From Apus apus (Eukaryota), in assembly GCF_020740795.1 (NCBI RefSeq), contig NC_067310.1:365940-429939 (forward strand): a stretch of 64,000 bases of DNA. Reading direction: 5' to 3'. Positions 11,001 to 21,652 of the stretch are shown piece after piece (positions within the stretch are counted from its first letter, which is position 1; each line of letters opens with the position of its first letter). The position numbers were made by a program, and so were the translations under genes. The notes beneath the pieces were generated by a model. It was not told the origin of the DNA. It did not search any database and saw nothing but the letters and a program-made list of their open reading frames with translations.

Positions 11001-11929
11001 AGTACAGGGATCTGCCTGGCAAGGGAGTGAAGGTAGGACCAAGAGCAGCTCTCCTTCAAGAGCAAAAGGCTCAATGTCCCATCCCCTTCCCCAAGACGCC
11101 GTTCTCCCCAGCTGCTGCTTCCCCTCTTGACTCCTCTTCTCCCTGGGCTCCTACAGGCTGATGCTGTCCTGCTGCAGTTCCTCCAAAGGACACAGACTCT
11201 GGCCCAACACATCCGCAACACAGACCGCTCCCTGACAGAGAAGGACAAGGAGATGAAAAGTAACTTCTGGGCTGGAGAAATGACGCTGCCTGTAGAGGGC
11301 CAAGCACAATGGAGAGGGACAGCAGTACTCCTCGGGGGCTTGCGGGCTCAGCTCCTGCCCTGGCAACACCTCTGTTTCTCTGTCACCAGGTGCACAAGAG
11401 CAGAATGAGAGAGCTGAGCAGGAGAGGGAAGTCCAGAGGAAGAAGGAGGCTGAAGAGAAGCAGAAGTTGCAGGACCAGCTACGCAAAACCAACGAGCATG
11501 AGCGTCAGCTGAGAAAGAAGCTGGAGGATTCCTACAAGAAGCAGCTGGAGGAGCAGGAGAAGATAATCAGACATAAATTAGAGGTACCGGTGGGGGGGGA
11601 GGGAGGGAATGTGCAGGTGCCAAGGGGTGGCCAGCAGGCAGGAATGGCACAGGGGTCCCAGCAGGGTCCCTCTTGTTGCTTCTTTGCTCTGTGCCCCTCT
11701 CACGGCACACACCGTGCCCTTGGTGACAACCTGCCTGTCTTCCCAGGAGGAGATGGCATTGAGACAAGAGGGCTTCTCTGACAGAGCTGACCACATGAGC
11801 CAGGTGACCCGTAGGCTGGAGGAGGAAAAAGGCAGCATCTGGAATACTTTATTGTCTGTGGTTGAAACATTTGTACCCCTTGTGAAAGTCGTGAGAATGG
11901 GCATATCTGCCCTTTCAAAACTCTTTTGA
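7866..11929 (+). CDS. GBP: Guanylate-binding protein (GBP1-like interferon-inducible dynamin-family GTPase), paralog copy 1; 10 coding exons, 612 aa, apparently intact
   Basis: The spliced translation aligns with human GBP1 from memory over its whole length ([16 protein letters not shown]..., P-loop [27 protein letters not shown], long C-terminal coiled coil). All 9 introns have GT/AG, exon phases are consistent and the total is 1839 nt. Exons: 7866-8046, 8150-8277, 8692-8801, 9116-9318, 9438-9680, 9973-10253, 10820-11032, 11157-11259, 11390-11583, 11747-11929. Confidence 0.9.
8150..8277 (+). CDS. GBP: GBP copy 1 exon 3
   Basis: Acceptor ccccacag then (G)[42 protein letters not shown], donor gtgtgt at 8278. 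Confidence 0.85.
8692..8801 (+). CDS. GBP: GBP copy 1 exon 4
   Basis: Acceptor ttgttccag then [36 protein letters not shown], donor gtatcc at 8802. Confidence 0.8.
9116..9318 (+). CDS. GBP: GBP copy 1 exon 5
   Basis: (H)[68 protein letters not shown], donor gtaagg at 9319. The acceptor is ambiguous: ag at 9114-9115 is preferred because it keeps the human-like length, and the alternative is ag at 9102-9103. Confidence 0.7.
9438..9680 (+). CDS. GBP: GBP copy 1 exon 6
   Basis: Acceptor cccccag then [81 protein letters not shown], donor gtgagt at 9681. Confidence 0.85.
9973..10253 (+). CDS. GBP: GBP copy 1 exon 7
   Basis: Acceptor cttggcag then [93 protein letters not shown], donor gtaggt at 10254. 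Confidence 0.85.
10820..11032 (+). CDS. GBP: GBP copy 1 exon 8
   Basis: Acceptor cacgcacag then [71 protein letters not shown], donor gtagga at 11033. Confidence 0.85.
11157..11259 (+). CDS. GBP: GBP copy 1 exon 9
   Basis: Acceptor ctcctacag then [34 protein letters not shown], donor gtaact at 11260. Confidence 0.8.
11390..11583 (+). CDS. GBP: GBP copy 1 exon 10 (coiled-coil)
   Basis: Acceptor tgtcaccag then [65 protein letters not shown], donor gtaccg at 11584. Confidence 0.85.
11747..11929 (+). CDS. GBP: GBP copy 1 terminal coding exon
   Basis: Acceptor cttcccag then [60 protein letters not shown] and a stop codon ending at 11929. There is no CaaX box. Confidence 0.8.
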   Translation, partial: EEMALRQEGFSDRADHMSQVTRRLEEEKGSIWNTLLSVVETFVPLVKVVRMGISALSKLF

Positions 11930-12699
11930 AGATTTCCTTATGGCCCCAGGGGTTAACACAGTAAGAGAGCTGTTTGGTGTCCCTGCCTGCCATCCTGTGA
12001 CATTTCAAAAGCCCTTCCTGCAAGGTGCTTGCCAGAGAGTATGCAACTAACCTCCACCTGCACTTGGACCACACTCTCTAGTGCTTTCACGCAGGGCTTA
12101 TCCAGAGGAAGATGTTGTCCTCTTCCGTGCCAGAGCACTTGGTGTCTCCCTTGCCCTGAAGGCGTGGGGCACATCTCAAGCCAGGCTGGCCTGGGGCACA
12201 GAAAGGCCATGATGCCAGCAGGCCGGGCTGGGAGTGTTTTGCCAATATGCCAAAGGGGATCCCACTCACCTTTTCTGGAGACCTCCTTACCAGGGCTGCC
12301 TGAAACCCCCAGGCGAGCTTTGAGCTCATGTCCTCGGCTCACACTTCCCGCAGCAGCGTGAAGGAGGTGGAGGTGGTGAGCAAACCAGGGGTCCACGTGC
12401 TGAGCACTGTCTTCCCAGGTCACCTTCACGCCTGATGGAGCCTGCCTGTCCTGGAGGTGGCTGCACACCCGCCTGCCGATGGGAAGTGGGGAATTCAGCC
12501 CTTGTTCTGTTTTCTTTGCACACGCAGCTGTTGCTTTGCCTACTAAACTGCCCTTCCCTCAACCCCTGAGTTGCCTCCTTTCTTTTGCCCTGCCCATTCT
12601 CTCCTCCACCCCACCAGTGGTGTGGGGCTCAGCTGTCGAATGGGGGTCACCCATAGAGAACGGGGCTTCCCTCCTGCCCCCGGGGAATCAGACCTTCAG

Positions 12700-14400
12700 C
12701 TGCACCAGGAGAATCACAGTATCCTCCTGGTTGGAAAGATCGCTAAGATCATCTGGTCCAGTTGTCCACCAGGGGCCAGATAAGGAGTGGACCCTTCCAG
12801 TGCCTGACCAGTCTTTGGGTAAAGAGATGCTTCCAGATAGCCAGTCAGAACCTCCCCTGGGGCAACTTCAGGCCGCTTCCTCTGCTCCTGTTGGTGTTCA
12901 TTTGAAGAAGCAGGGACCCCAACTGTTCCAGTGAGGGAAGGTGTAAAAGATGTAGAGGTTTCTGAGTTCCCTATAGGCAGAGGGGCTGGTCCCAAGGCAG
13001 TTGCCCCAGAGGCACCAGCCCCTGGAAGGCCCTTCCTGCTGTGTGGACACTCCATCCCTGCAGGGGAGGTCCATGGAGCACAGCGCTGCTCACCCAGGAA
13101 GGTCCTGGGGAGCCTGCTGAGGACACAGCCCTGGCTCAGTTCCTCCACCTGCTCTTGTGCTGGTGCAGATTTCCCTCTCAGCCCTCCCAACTGGGAGAGC
13201 CTGTATCCCTGCAAGACTCCAGCCCTGGGACCCATCCCACCACGTCTCTGCGATCCCAGCCGCATCGTAGCCCTGCAGCAGCTCACAGGACTCTCGCTCC
13301 TCACGGTTATTCCCCTACCCTGTGCACTAATGCACAGACCCTTGGGAGAGGCACCCCAGCTCCTGGAGCTCCTGGAGAGGGTTATGGGCCTTTGCCATCA
13401 TGGTCCCATGTTGACACTTTTCTGCTTACACACGAGTGTTGGAGGTGACCTGCTTAAGGTGTGGTTGGTCGGTTTTGTGATGCCACCCCGTCACATCAGC
13501 CCAGGGCCTGTGCTCATTGCCCCTGCCTCACTCCCTCAAATGGCTGCTGGATACTCTCTCCCTCTCATCCCTAGATTCCCTTGCCCCTTGGTGAGGTGGA
13601 TCCCGTCTCTCCCTGGTAGACCCTGATCTGCACGCAGGGTCCTGTTGTAGAGCCCCAAACCCCGCTGCCAGCACCAGGTCCTCAGCTGCTGAGCTGCATT
13701 AGCAGTGCTCTCCGGCTCCCACCCTTGCCCTTTAGGACCAGCAGACATTCCCTCCAAGCCCTGGACACCTGGGATGTGGTGACAGGTGAGTTGCCGTCAG
13801 GCCTTGTCCCTGCCATGAGTGGGCACCAACAGGTGTCCCCAAGGCAGCGAAGGGGAGCTGATCCACTGACCTGTCCTCCCAGTAAGAGACGTCCTGCTAC
13901 GAGGCAGCAGCAAGAGGGACGGGACCCACTTCCACGCCACCCGTGATCTCTCTTGCATGACCATTATAAAGAGAACATGAGAACCTGGGACAAGAAACCC
14001 ACTGCTGTTCTCCACGTACACATACATGAGCTGCTAGGCGGAACAATTACAGGAGAAGGTCCTTCCAGGAAGAGGGCTGCTCCAGTCTCCAGCAACCAGT
14101 CCTCCAACCAGAATGGACGGACTCTAGATCTCAGTGCTTCAACCTCAAATGCTCAACATGAGAGGCGCCCTGCCTCTAGCCAGGAGGAGGAAAGAGACAA
14201 TTGAGTTTACTGGACTGTGCGGATTCGGTGGCCTGGCACATTAGAACCACAAAAGTATAAAGCCCTGGTGGACACTGGTGTGCAGTTCACCCTAATGCCA
14301 GAGGCTGACAGTGGACTATCATGTCCTGAATGAGGTGACACCACCGCTCAGTGCTGCTGTGCCAGACATGCCAGAGTTTCAGTACGAGCTGGAGTTGAAA
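12700..14400 (+). mobile_element. Degraded ERV: 5' internal region through protease (…KALVDTGVQFTLMP…) and start of RT (DYHVLNEVTPPLSAAVPD)
   Basis: Retroviral protease DTG-type motif and RT N-terminus at 14230-14400; upstream sequence shares an interspersed avian repeat. Copies at 31260-33123 (+) and 46022-47900 (-). Confidence 0.5.
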
Positions 14401-16368
14401 GCAATCAGGCAAGGAAGGCAAGAGACCAGCATGGCTCAGTCAAGACCTTCTGGCCAAACTAAAGACAAGATGGAACTGCAGAGGCACTGGAGGAGGGGAC
14501 AGGTATTCTGGGAAGAGTATAGGGACACTGCCTGGCTTTGTAGGGATGAGGTCAGGGAGGCCAAGGCACAGCTGGAGCTGGACTTGGCAAGGGATGTGAA
14601 GAAAAACAAGAAGGGCTTCTACAGGTACATAAAGCAGCAAAGGAAGTTTAAAGAAAGTGTCCCGTCCCGATGGGCAGCAATGCTGATCTAGGAACAACAG
14701 ACAAGAATGCTGAGGTTATCAGCAACTTTTTTGCTTCAGTTTTCACTGGCAACCCCTCTCCTCATGCCTCTCAAGTTGATGGCCCACAGGACGGAGACCA
14801 GGGAGACAAAGTTCCTCCCACCGTAAGTGAAGACAAGGTTCATGACCAGCTGAGGAACCTGGACATACACAAGTCCATGGGACCTGATGAGATGCCTCCC
14901 AGAGTCCTGAAGGAATTGGCTGATGCAGTTGACAAGCCACTCTCCGTGATATCTGAAAAGTCCTGGCAGTCAGGTGAAGTCCCTGGTGACTGGAAAAAGG
15001 GAAACATTACGCCCATTTTAAAAAGGGTAGAAAGGAGGACTCTGGGAACTAGGGACTTGTCAGCCTCACCTCTGTGCCTGGGAAGAATCATGGAACAGAT
15101 CCTCCTAGAAGACACGCTAAGGCACATGGAGAATGGGGAGGTGATTCAGGACAGCCAGCACGGCTTTACTAGGGACAAATCCTGCCTGACCAACCTAGTG
15201 GCTTTCTACAATTGAGTGATTGCACCAGTGGACAAGGGAAGACTTACAGATGTCATCTATCTGGACTTCTGCAAGGCCTTTGACACGGACCCCCACAACA
15301 TCCTTCTCTCTAAGTTGAGGAGACACGGGTTTGAGGGGCGGACATTTCAGTGGATAAGGAACTGGCTGGATGGTCACATCCAGAGGGCAGTGCTCAATGG
15401 CTCGATGTCTAGATGGAAAGTGGTGACAAGTGGTGTTCTTCAGGGGTCCATACTGGGACCACTGCTGTTTAATATGTTCATTAACAATATTGACAGTGGC
15501 ATTGAGAGCAACCTCAGGCAGTCTGCTGATGGCATCAGGCTGGGTGGTGCAGTTGACATGCCAGAGGGACCTGGACAAGCTGGAGAAGTGGACCCAAGTG
15601 AACCTCCTGAGGTTCAACAACGCCAAGTGCACCCTGCACCTCAGCCAGGGCAACCACAGATACCAATACAGGCTGGGGAACGACATGCTAGTGAGCAGCC
15701 CTGTGGAAGACCAGGGGGTACTAGTGGATCCAAAGCTGGACATGAGCCACCAATGTGCAATTGCAGCCCAGAAGGCCAACCACATCAAAAGAAGCATGGC
15801 CAGCAGCTCGAGAGGTGATTCTGCCCCTCTACTCTGCTCTGGGGAGACCTCACCTGGAGTGCTGGCTCCATCTCTGGAGCCCTCAACACAGGAAGGATGT
15901 GGACCTGTTGGAGCATGTCCAGAGGAAGGCAAAGAAAATGATTCAAGGGCTGGAGCACCTCTCTTAGGAAGACAGGCTGAGGGAGCTGGGGTTGTTCAGC
16001 CTGGAGAAGAGAAGACTCTGGGGAGACCATATATATAGTGATCTTCCAGTACCTGAAAGGGGCCTATAAGAAGGCTGGGGAAGAGCTGTTCACAGGGCAT
16101 GTAACTATAGGACAAGGGGTGATGCTTTCCAACTAAAGAGGCTAGATTTAGGTTGGACATTAGGAAAAAGTTCTTTAGTATGAGGGTGGTGGATCATTAG
16201 TTGCCTAGAGAGGGGGTGGGGACCCCACACCTGGAGACATTCAAGATCAGGCTTGATGGGGCTCTGAGCAATCTGTTCCAGTGTGAGATGTCCCTGCTTA
16301 TTGTAGGGGGGTTGGACCAGATAACCTTTAGAGGTCCTTTCCAACCCAAGACATTATATGATTCGACA
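14400..16368 (+). mobile_element. CR1 LINE, 5'-truncated (~2 kb of ORF2 RT through the 3' end), nested in ERV pol
   Basis: The ORF2-like translation (…WLCRDEVREAKAQLELDLARDVKKNKKGFYRYI…[17 protein letters not shown]…FADD…FKIRLDGALSNLFQ) runs to the 3' terminus …ccaacccaagacattatatgattcgacag. Confidence 0.8.
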
Positions 16369-17470
16369 GTTCTGGAGCCGGAGCTACAGAGGTTCCAAGG
16401 CCAACTACACGACACCTGAGAAGGAGAAACTTGCAGCATATGAAGGAGTAAGAGCCGCTTCGGCAGTGATCGGCACTGAAGTGCAGCTCCTGCTCCTCCC
16501 GGCGCCCCCATTGCTGGGGCTGGGCTGGGTGTCCAAGAACAATGTTTCTCCTACTCATCAAGCCACCTACATGGAGTTAATGGACTGCTTTAATTACCCA
16601 GCGAGCCAAAATGATCCAGGTATCGTAGAAGCAATTCCAAACTGGCCAGAAGGCATGCATTTTGGAATGCCACCACAAGAAGTGGTGAGACGGGCTCAAG
16701 AAGCTCCACCATAAGCTCATCTACCGTTGACTGAGAAACAGTTGGCTCTTTTCATGGATGGCTCCTGTTGTCTTGTAGGGAACCACCAAAAGTGGAAAGC
16801 TGCTGCGTTGGGTCCTACACAACTGGTTGCAGAGGCAGCTAAAGGAGAAGGTGAATCGAGTCAGTTTGCAGAGCTCAAAGCCATCCAGCTGGCTTTGGAC
16901 ACTGCTGAGTGAGAGGGGTGGCAAAGACTCTCTCTCTACACTGACTCGTGGATGGCAGCAAATGCCCTGTGGGGTTGGCTAAAGCAGGGGCAGCAGAACA
17001 ACTGGAGTGAAAAGGTCAACCTCTTTGGGTTGCTGACCTGTGGAAAGACACTGCGGCTGGGATAGAGAAACTGGTGGTAAAAGTGCATCATGGAGATGCA
17101 CACGTGCCTCTGAGTCGAGCCACTGAGGAACATGGACACAACCAACGAGCAGGTGAGGCTGCTCAACTGTTCCAAAGAGACTTGGTCTGGGAACATAAGG
17201 GTGAGCTCTTTCTGGCTCGATGGGCCCGTGACACTTCAGGTCATCAGGGCAGAGATGCAACATACAGATGGGCTCGTGACCGAGGGGTGGACTTAACCAT
17301 GGACACTATTGAGCAGGTGATCCACGACTGTGAGACGTGCTGCAATTAAGCAGGTGAAATGGTTGAAACCTTTGTGGTATGAGAGCAGGTGGTCAAAGTG
17401 CAGGTATGGGGAGGCCTGGCAAATTGACTGCATCACACTGCCTCGGACCTTCCAGGGTAAGCGCTGTGTG
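16369..17470 (+). mobile_element. ERV pol 3' part (RT connection, RNase H, integrase zinc finger and start of core), continuing the ERV interrupted by CR1
   Basis: …TDGSCCLVGNHQKWKAAALGPTQLVAEAAKGEGESSQFAELKAIQLALDTAE (RNase H); HHCC …HQGRDATYRWARDRGVDLTMDTIEQVIHDCETC; IKQVKWLKPLWYESRWSKCRYGEAWQIDC…. Copies at 35092-36200 (+) and 57060-58158 (-). Confidence 0.7.
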
Positions 17471-18200
17471 CTTACAGTTGTGGAAACTGTCCTGGTTTGA
17501 GCCAGGATGAAGCCAATTTTCCTTTTTACTGACTTTTTTTCCTTCAGTAAGCTTTCTTTTAACTAGCAACATTCTGTTCTAGCTAGGCTGATAAGACATT
17601 GGAATGTTTTTCTAACTGCTGGGGCTTCAGGGTCGCACCTTCACTCTGCCAGCTCAGACACTATGGGGAGATCTATGACCCCCCCCGTAGGAGGATGAAT
17701 TAGACAGACAGCAAAACTGGCCAGAGATATTCCGTTCCATATATCTACGTGAGCTCAGAGGAAGGTCAGAGAACACAGAAGACAACTTCCTTCCTTCTTC
17801 TTCCCCCCTTCTCTTCCGTCCATGGCCGGCATCCAGGGAGGGCTCTGTCCATCCATCACCATCGACCCTTAGGCTCGAGCTCTCCTGACCCTCATCACTC
17901 TCCGCTTTCTCCAGCAGCAGCTCCGGGATTTTCTCGGAACTGTTCCAGCTCAAGGGGAGTGTGGTGGGAGTTGCTGGGGGTGGGGGGGAGGCGAGAGGCT
18001 CTTGCACATACCTGAACATATCTGTATATAATTGTATATATTTTCTTATATCATTAGTGTTTAATTAAAGCTGTGTAGTTTAGTTTTCAATCCAGCCAAG
18101 TCTCTCTTTTTCTCTCTCTCCTTCCCTACCTGGGTGGGAGGGGGAGGGGATCGAGAGCATTGTTGTCGGACCTGAGTCAAACGCTGACAGAAACACAGGC
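17470..18200 (+). mobile_element. ERV LTR-like sequence (3' LTR of the degraded provirus)
   Basis: Begins tgtcctggtttgagccagg…. Related copies at 56340-57060 (-) and 40440-41160, with pieces at 42120-42230. Confidence 0.5.
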
Positions 18201-18775
18201 AGGGTGGCTGGAAACATCTCCTGTGCCTTATGTCACAGTCCAGAACGGCAGCCTGGGCCTTGTCATGAGGGTTCCAAACCTGACCCCAGGGTTCGAGGTG
18301 TCACCTCGAACAATCCCTGCCCTACTTCTGCTGGGCACACTAATGCTGATGCAGGGCAGGATGCTGGTGGTCTTCTTGTCCAGCGGGGCACATGCTGGCT
18401 CATATCCAGCCACTGTACCAGCACCCAAGTACAGGACCCAGCACTGAGCCTTGTTAAACTTAGTCCATGGATCCAGCCTGTCCATGTCCCTCTGCACAGC
18501 CTCAACCCATGGATCCAGCCTGTCCAGATCGCTTTGCAGAGCCTTCCTACCCTCAGGCAGATCAACACTCCCACCCAACTTAGTATCATCTGTACATTTG
18601 CTGAGGGTACCCTCAATCCCCTCATCCAGCCTGCCCTGAGAGCCACATGGGGGTTGAGAGGATCTTTGCAGGTCCATCTGGTCCAAGCCCCCGCAATGAG
18701 CAGAAACATCTTCAACCACACCAGGTAACTTCAAGCCCCATCCAACCTGACTTTGCAATCTTCTGATCATGGACT
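18200..18775 (-). mobile_element. CR1-family RT fragment at the b/c block junction
   Basis: Minus-strand ORF …[28 protein letters not shown]…[14 protein letters not shown]…; the inverted-repeat boundary lies inside it. The 3'-end-like piece is mirrored at 5690-5870. Confidence 0.65.
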
Positions 18776-19619
18776 CACAGAGTGTTTGAGGTTGGAAGGA
18801 ACTGTGAAGGTCCAGCTAGACCATGGGCAAGGACATCGTCAACAAGACCAGGTGTGGGACACTGTTCTTCTTCTTCCCCTCATAAATCTGCTGATTATAC
18901 CCAGCTAATGGACCAAAACCAGGCCTGCTGCTCAAGGACAAATGAAACCAAAACAACAGATGTGGTACAAGACAGGAAGGATGGGCAACAAGTTCTGCAT
19001 TGCCCTGCTAGTTACCGCCCTAACTTGGGGCTCATGGTGCCAAGTGGCTCTGGACAGTGACACTGGCTGGACAGGGGGGTCACGCTCCCTTTCCTTTGAT
19101 CCACAACCCTCTCACAGACACAACGCTTTAAGGGCACAGCACTTTTTGCATTACCTAATGCTTTCTAACTTCCACTCTAAAACACGGTCCCACAGCGGCC
19201 GTTCCCCTGTGAGAGGCAGCACCACGTGTGACCCTCGGGCTCATTCACAAACCCCTCCACATTGGGGGGGCAGCCGGGAGCCCCCGATACCGGCTCGCGA
19301 CACCAGGTTGCTCCGAGCCCCCTGTCCAACCTGACCTTGAATGTTTCTGTGAATAGGGCATCACCCACCTCTGAGCCAAGGGACCCCGTCCAGGCACTGC
19401 CCAAAGCCTCCAGCCTCACCTGACCTGAGACATTCTCCTCTTCTTTGGCTCTGTTACTTTCCCAAAGTCTTCGTGAGTTGGACTTGGACCAGGAGCAAAG
19501 GGAAAACCAGGAAAACCCACTGGAACCAGAAAGGAGAGAAGTTGTGACACACAAGGCTGGCGACTTCCCTGGAAAATTTGGTTGCCTGTGTCACCAAAAG
19601 GAGCCGGGAGCTGCTTTGA

Positions 19620-21652
19620 CCTTTCCTACCTTGTCCAGGAGATGGAAAACTCTCTCTCCTCATCTCCTCGACCTCACCAGGGTCTTGTTCCAAGGTCTTG
19701 AGAAGAGGCCTGGGTGGTGGTTTGGACACAACCTCCATTTCAAACCTGGAAAAGAAGGGGAAGACACCGACGTGACCCAGAGCACCACCAGCCCTTGCTG
19801 CTCACTGGGATCTCCTTCTCACAGGCAGGCTTTGGCATTGTTCTCCAAAAGGCCACCAGGTTTTCCCCAAGTCCACCATGCCCCAACCTTGAGGACCATC
19901 CCAGGAAGTGCAGTCACCCAACAAAGGATTCCAGGACACCAGGAGAAGAAAGTGTCACCTAAATTCCTCTGTCTTTCCCATCACATCAGCCTCACAGGAG
20001 CAACTACAACCCCAGGACAGCTACAAGAGTCGCTGCCTTGTGTCCCCATGGGAGGACACATGTCATCATGAGGAGCAAACGCTACCTTGGACATCTATGA
20101 CAAAGAGTGGCTCCAGCCACCAACATACTCACTCGGGAAAGATGATGACATGGCCAGAGAAAGTCAGTGAGGCCACGGGCACCACCGGGGACACAGTCAT
20201 GTTCAGCAGCTGGGGGACCTGCAGTGGAGGAGCACAAAGATGGCAGGACGTCCTCAGCAGGGATGAGGCCCTCAATGTCAAAGGAGTGAGAGCTGTTGGT
20301 AGCACCATAGATCTCGCCTGGCCCAAGTGGCCGTGTCCTGGTGGGCCACATGCCAGCAGTGCTGGGACACTGCCGTGGGACTGCCCACCCCACGGAGAAA
20401 CCCACACGCTCACCTGGGAAACAGCTTTCTCCAAGTTCTCCTTCCCAGACATCCTGTCCAGGAAGTCATAGTAGAACTTCATTTGCACCTTGCTGCCCTC
20501 TATGAGGAGCACCCCAGCACCCTTCAGGATGAGGGAGACGTTCTTCCCCTTCCCCAGACAGTGAGAGAGGAGGGACACGGTGCCTTGGATGCAGCCCTCC
20601 ACTTTCCGTCAGGGACACAGAGATGGCTGTGGCCACCTTGGAGCATTTGAGGGGTTCCAGCTCCTTGTTGCCTGCAAGAACACACAAGAGGGATGGAGAT
20701 GCTCACCTTGTGGAGCTTCTGCTGGTGTTTCAGACCCAGGGATGGGACGCAATGACCATGCAATCATCCGAGATTTCATTCACCATCTTACCAGGCAGGT
20801 AGGACTTGTTGTCCCGTAGGTTGTGGACAACCACGAGGTTCCTGGCCAGGTGAAACACAGGCCTCTGGATGGTCACAACCTCACCCCCAACTTGGATCTG
20901 TTTGGGGACAGCGTCAAAGGAGCCAAGGCTGGGAATTCGGAGCCCCTGGAGCAGAGCGGAACAGCCAAAGGGTGAAGATTGTGCAGAGGGAAAATCTAGA
21001 GGTGGGCCTGACCAGGGATGGTGCTTCAGGTTGGATCCTGCCCACTCCTGCTCTTCAGAGGCATGAGCTGGGGCAGTGGGGAGTGCTTTGGTCATGCCGA
21101 GTCCTTTCTCCTCCAAAAAAGCATTTGGGAGGTCCCCAGAAAACAGGACCAGCCTTTGTCACAACACCACCTGCCAGAGGTGACACCACATGGCTTGTTT
21201 GTTCATGGGTGGGGACCTTTGGGGTGAGTTTCTTGCTTTTTGGAGGACGTGAAAAGGAACTGCGGGGCATGCTCTGGGGCCACGCGGACTTCCCACCCCT
21301 CTGGGTGGATGAGGAGGATGTAGGTGTTGACCTACCTTGTGCAGCAGGAGCTGATCTTGAATGGAGCCAGCCACCGTGTCCCAGATGGCTGTTCGCTCTG
21401 GAAAGCAAAGGAGAACCAGGTCATCCTCCATGTCCACCAGCTCTCAGCCCTCCACTATCTCCCGAGCCATGCTGCCGTGGCAGATGCCCAGTGTCATGCC
21501 CAGACAGTGACACCCCTGAGATGGCTGCAGTGCCACCCTTGTTCACCACAACGTTCCTGCAGCGGCTGGAGGGCTGTACCTTCAGCTGTGATGCTGGGCA
21601 TCATGAAAGTGGGCTCCATCCCATCCCAGAACTCCACCTCAGTCCACCTCAT
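19620..21652 (-). pseudogene. CCDC81-like inverted duplicate with a 1-bp frameshift in HU-domain exon 4
   Basis: Mirror of 2812-4843 (coordinate sum ~24463/24464). The ORF track shows AISVS|LTESGG… in place of AISVSRRKVEGCIQG…, which is a 1-bp insertion near 20600. The other exons are conserved. Confidence 0.55.

Larger units (their letters stand above)
6200..17580 (+). repeat. 18.57-kb-period direct repeat unit, copy 1 (promoter + GBP + ERV/CR1)
   Basis: 6200-17580 is collinear with 24766-36290. The offset is 18566, then 18723 after a ~157-bp indel near 12780/31340. Confidence 0.85.
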
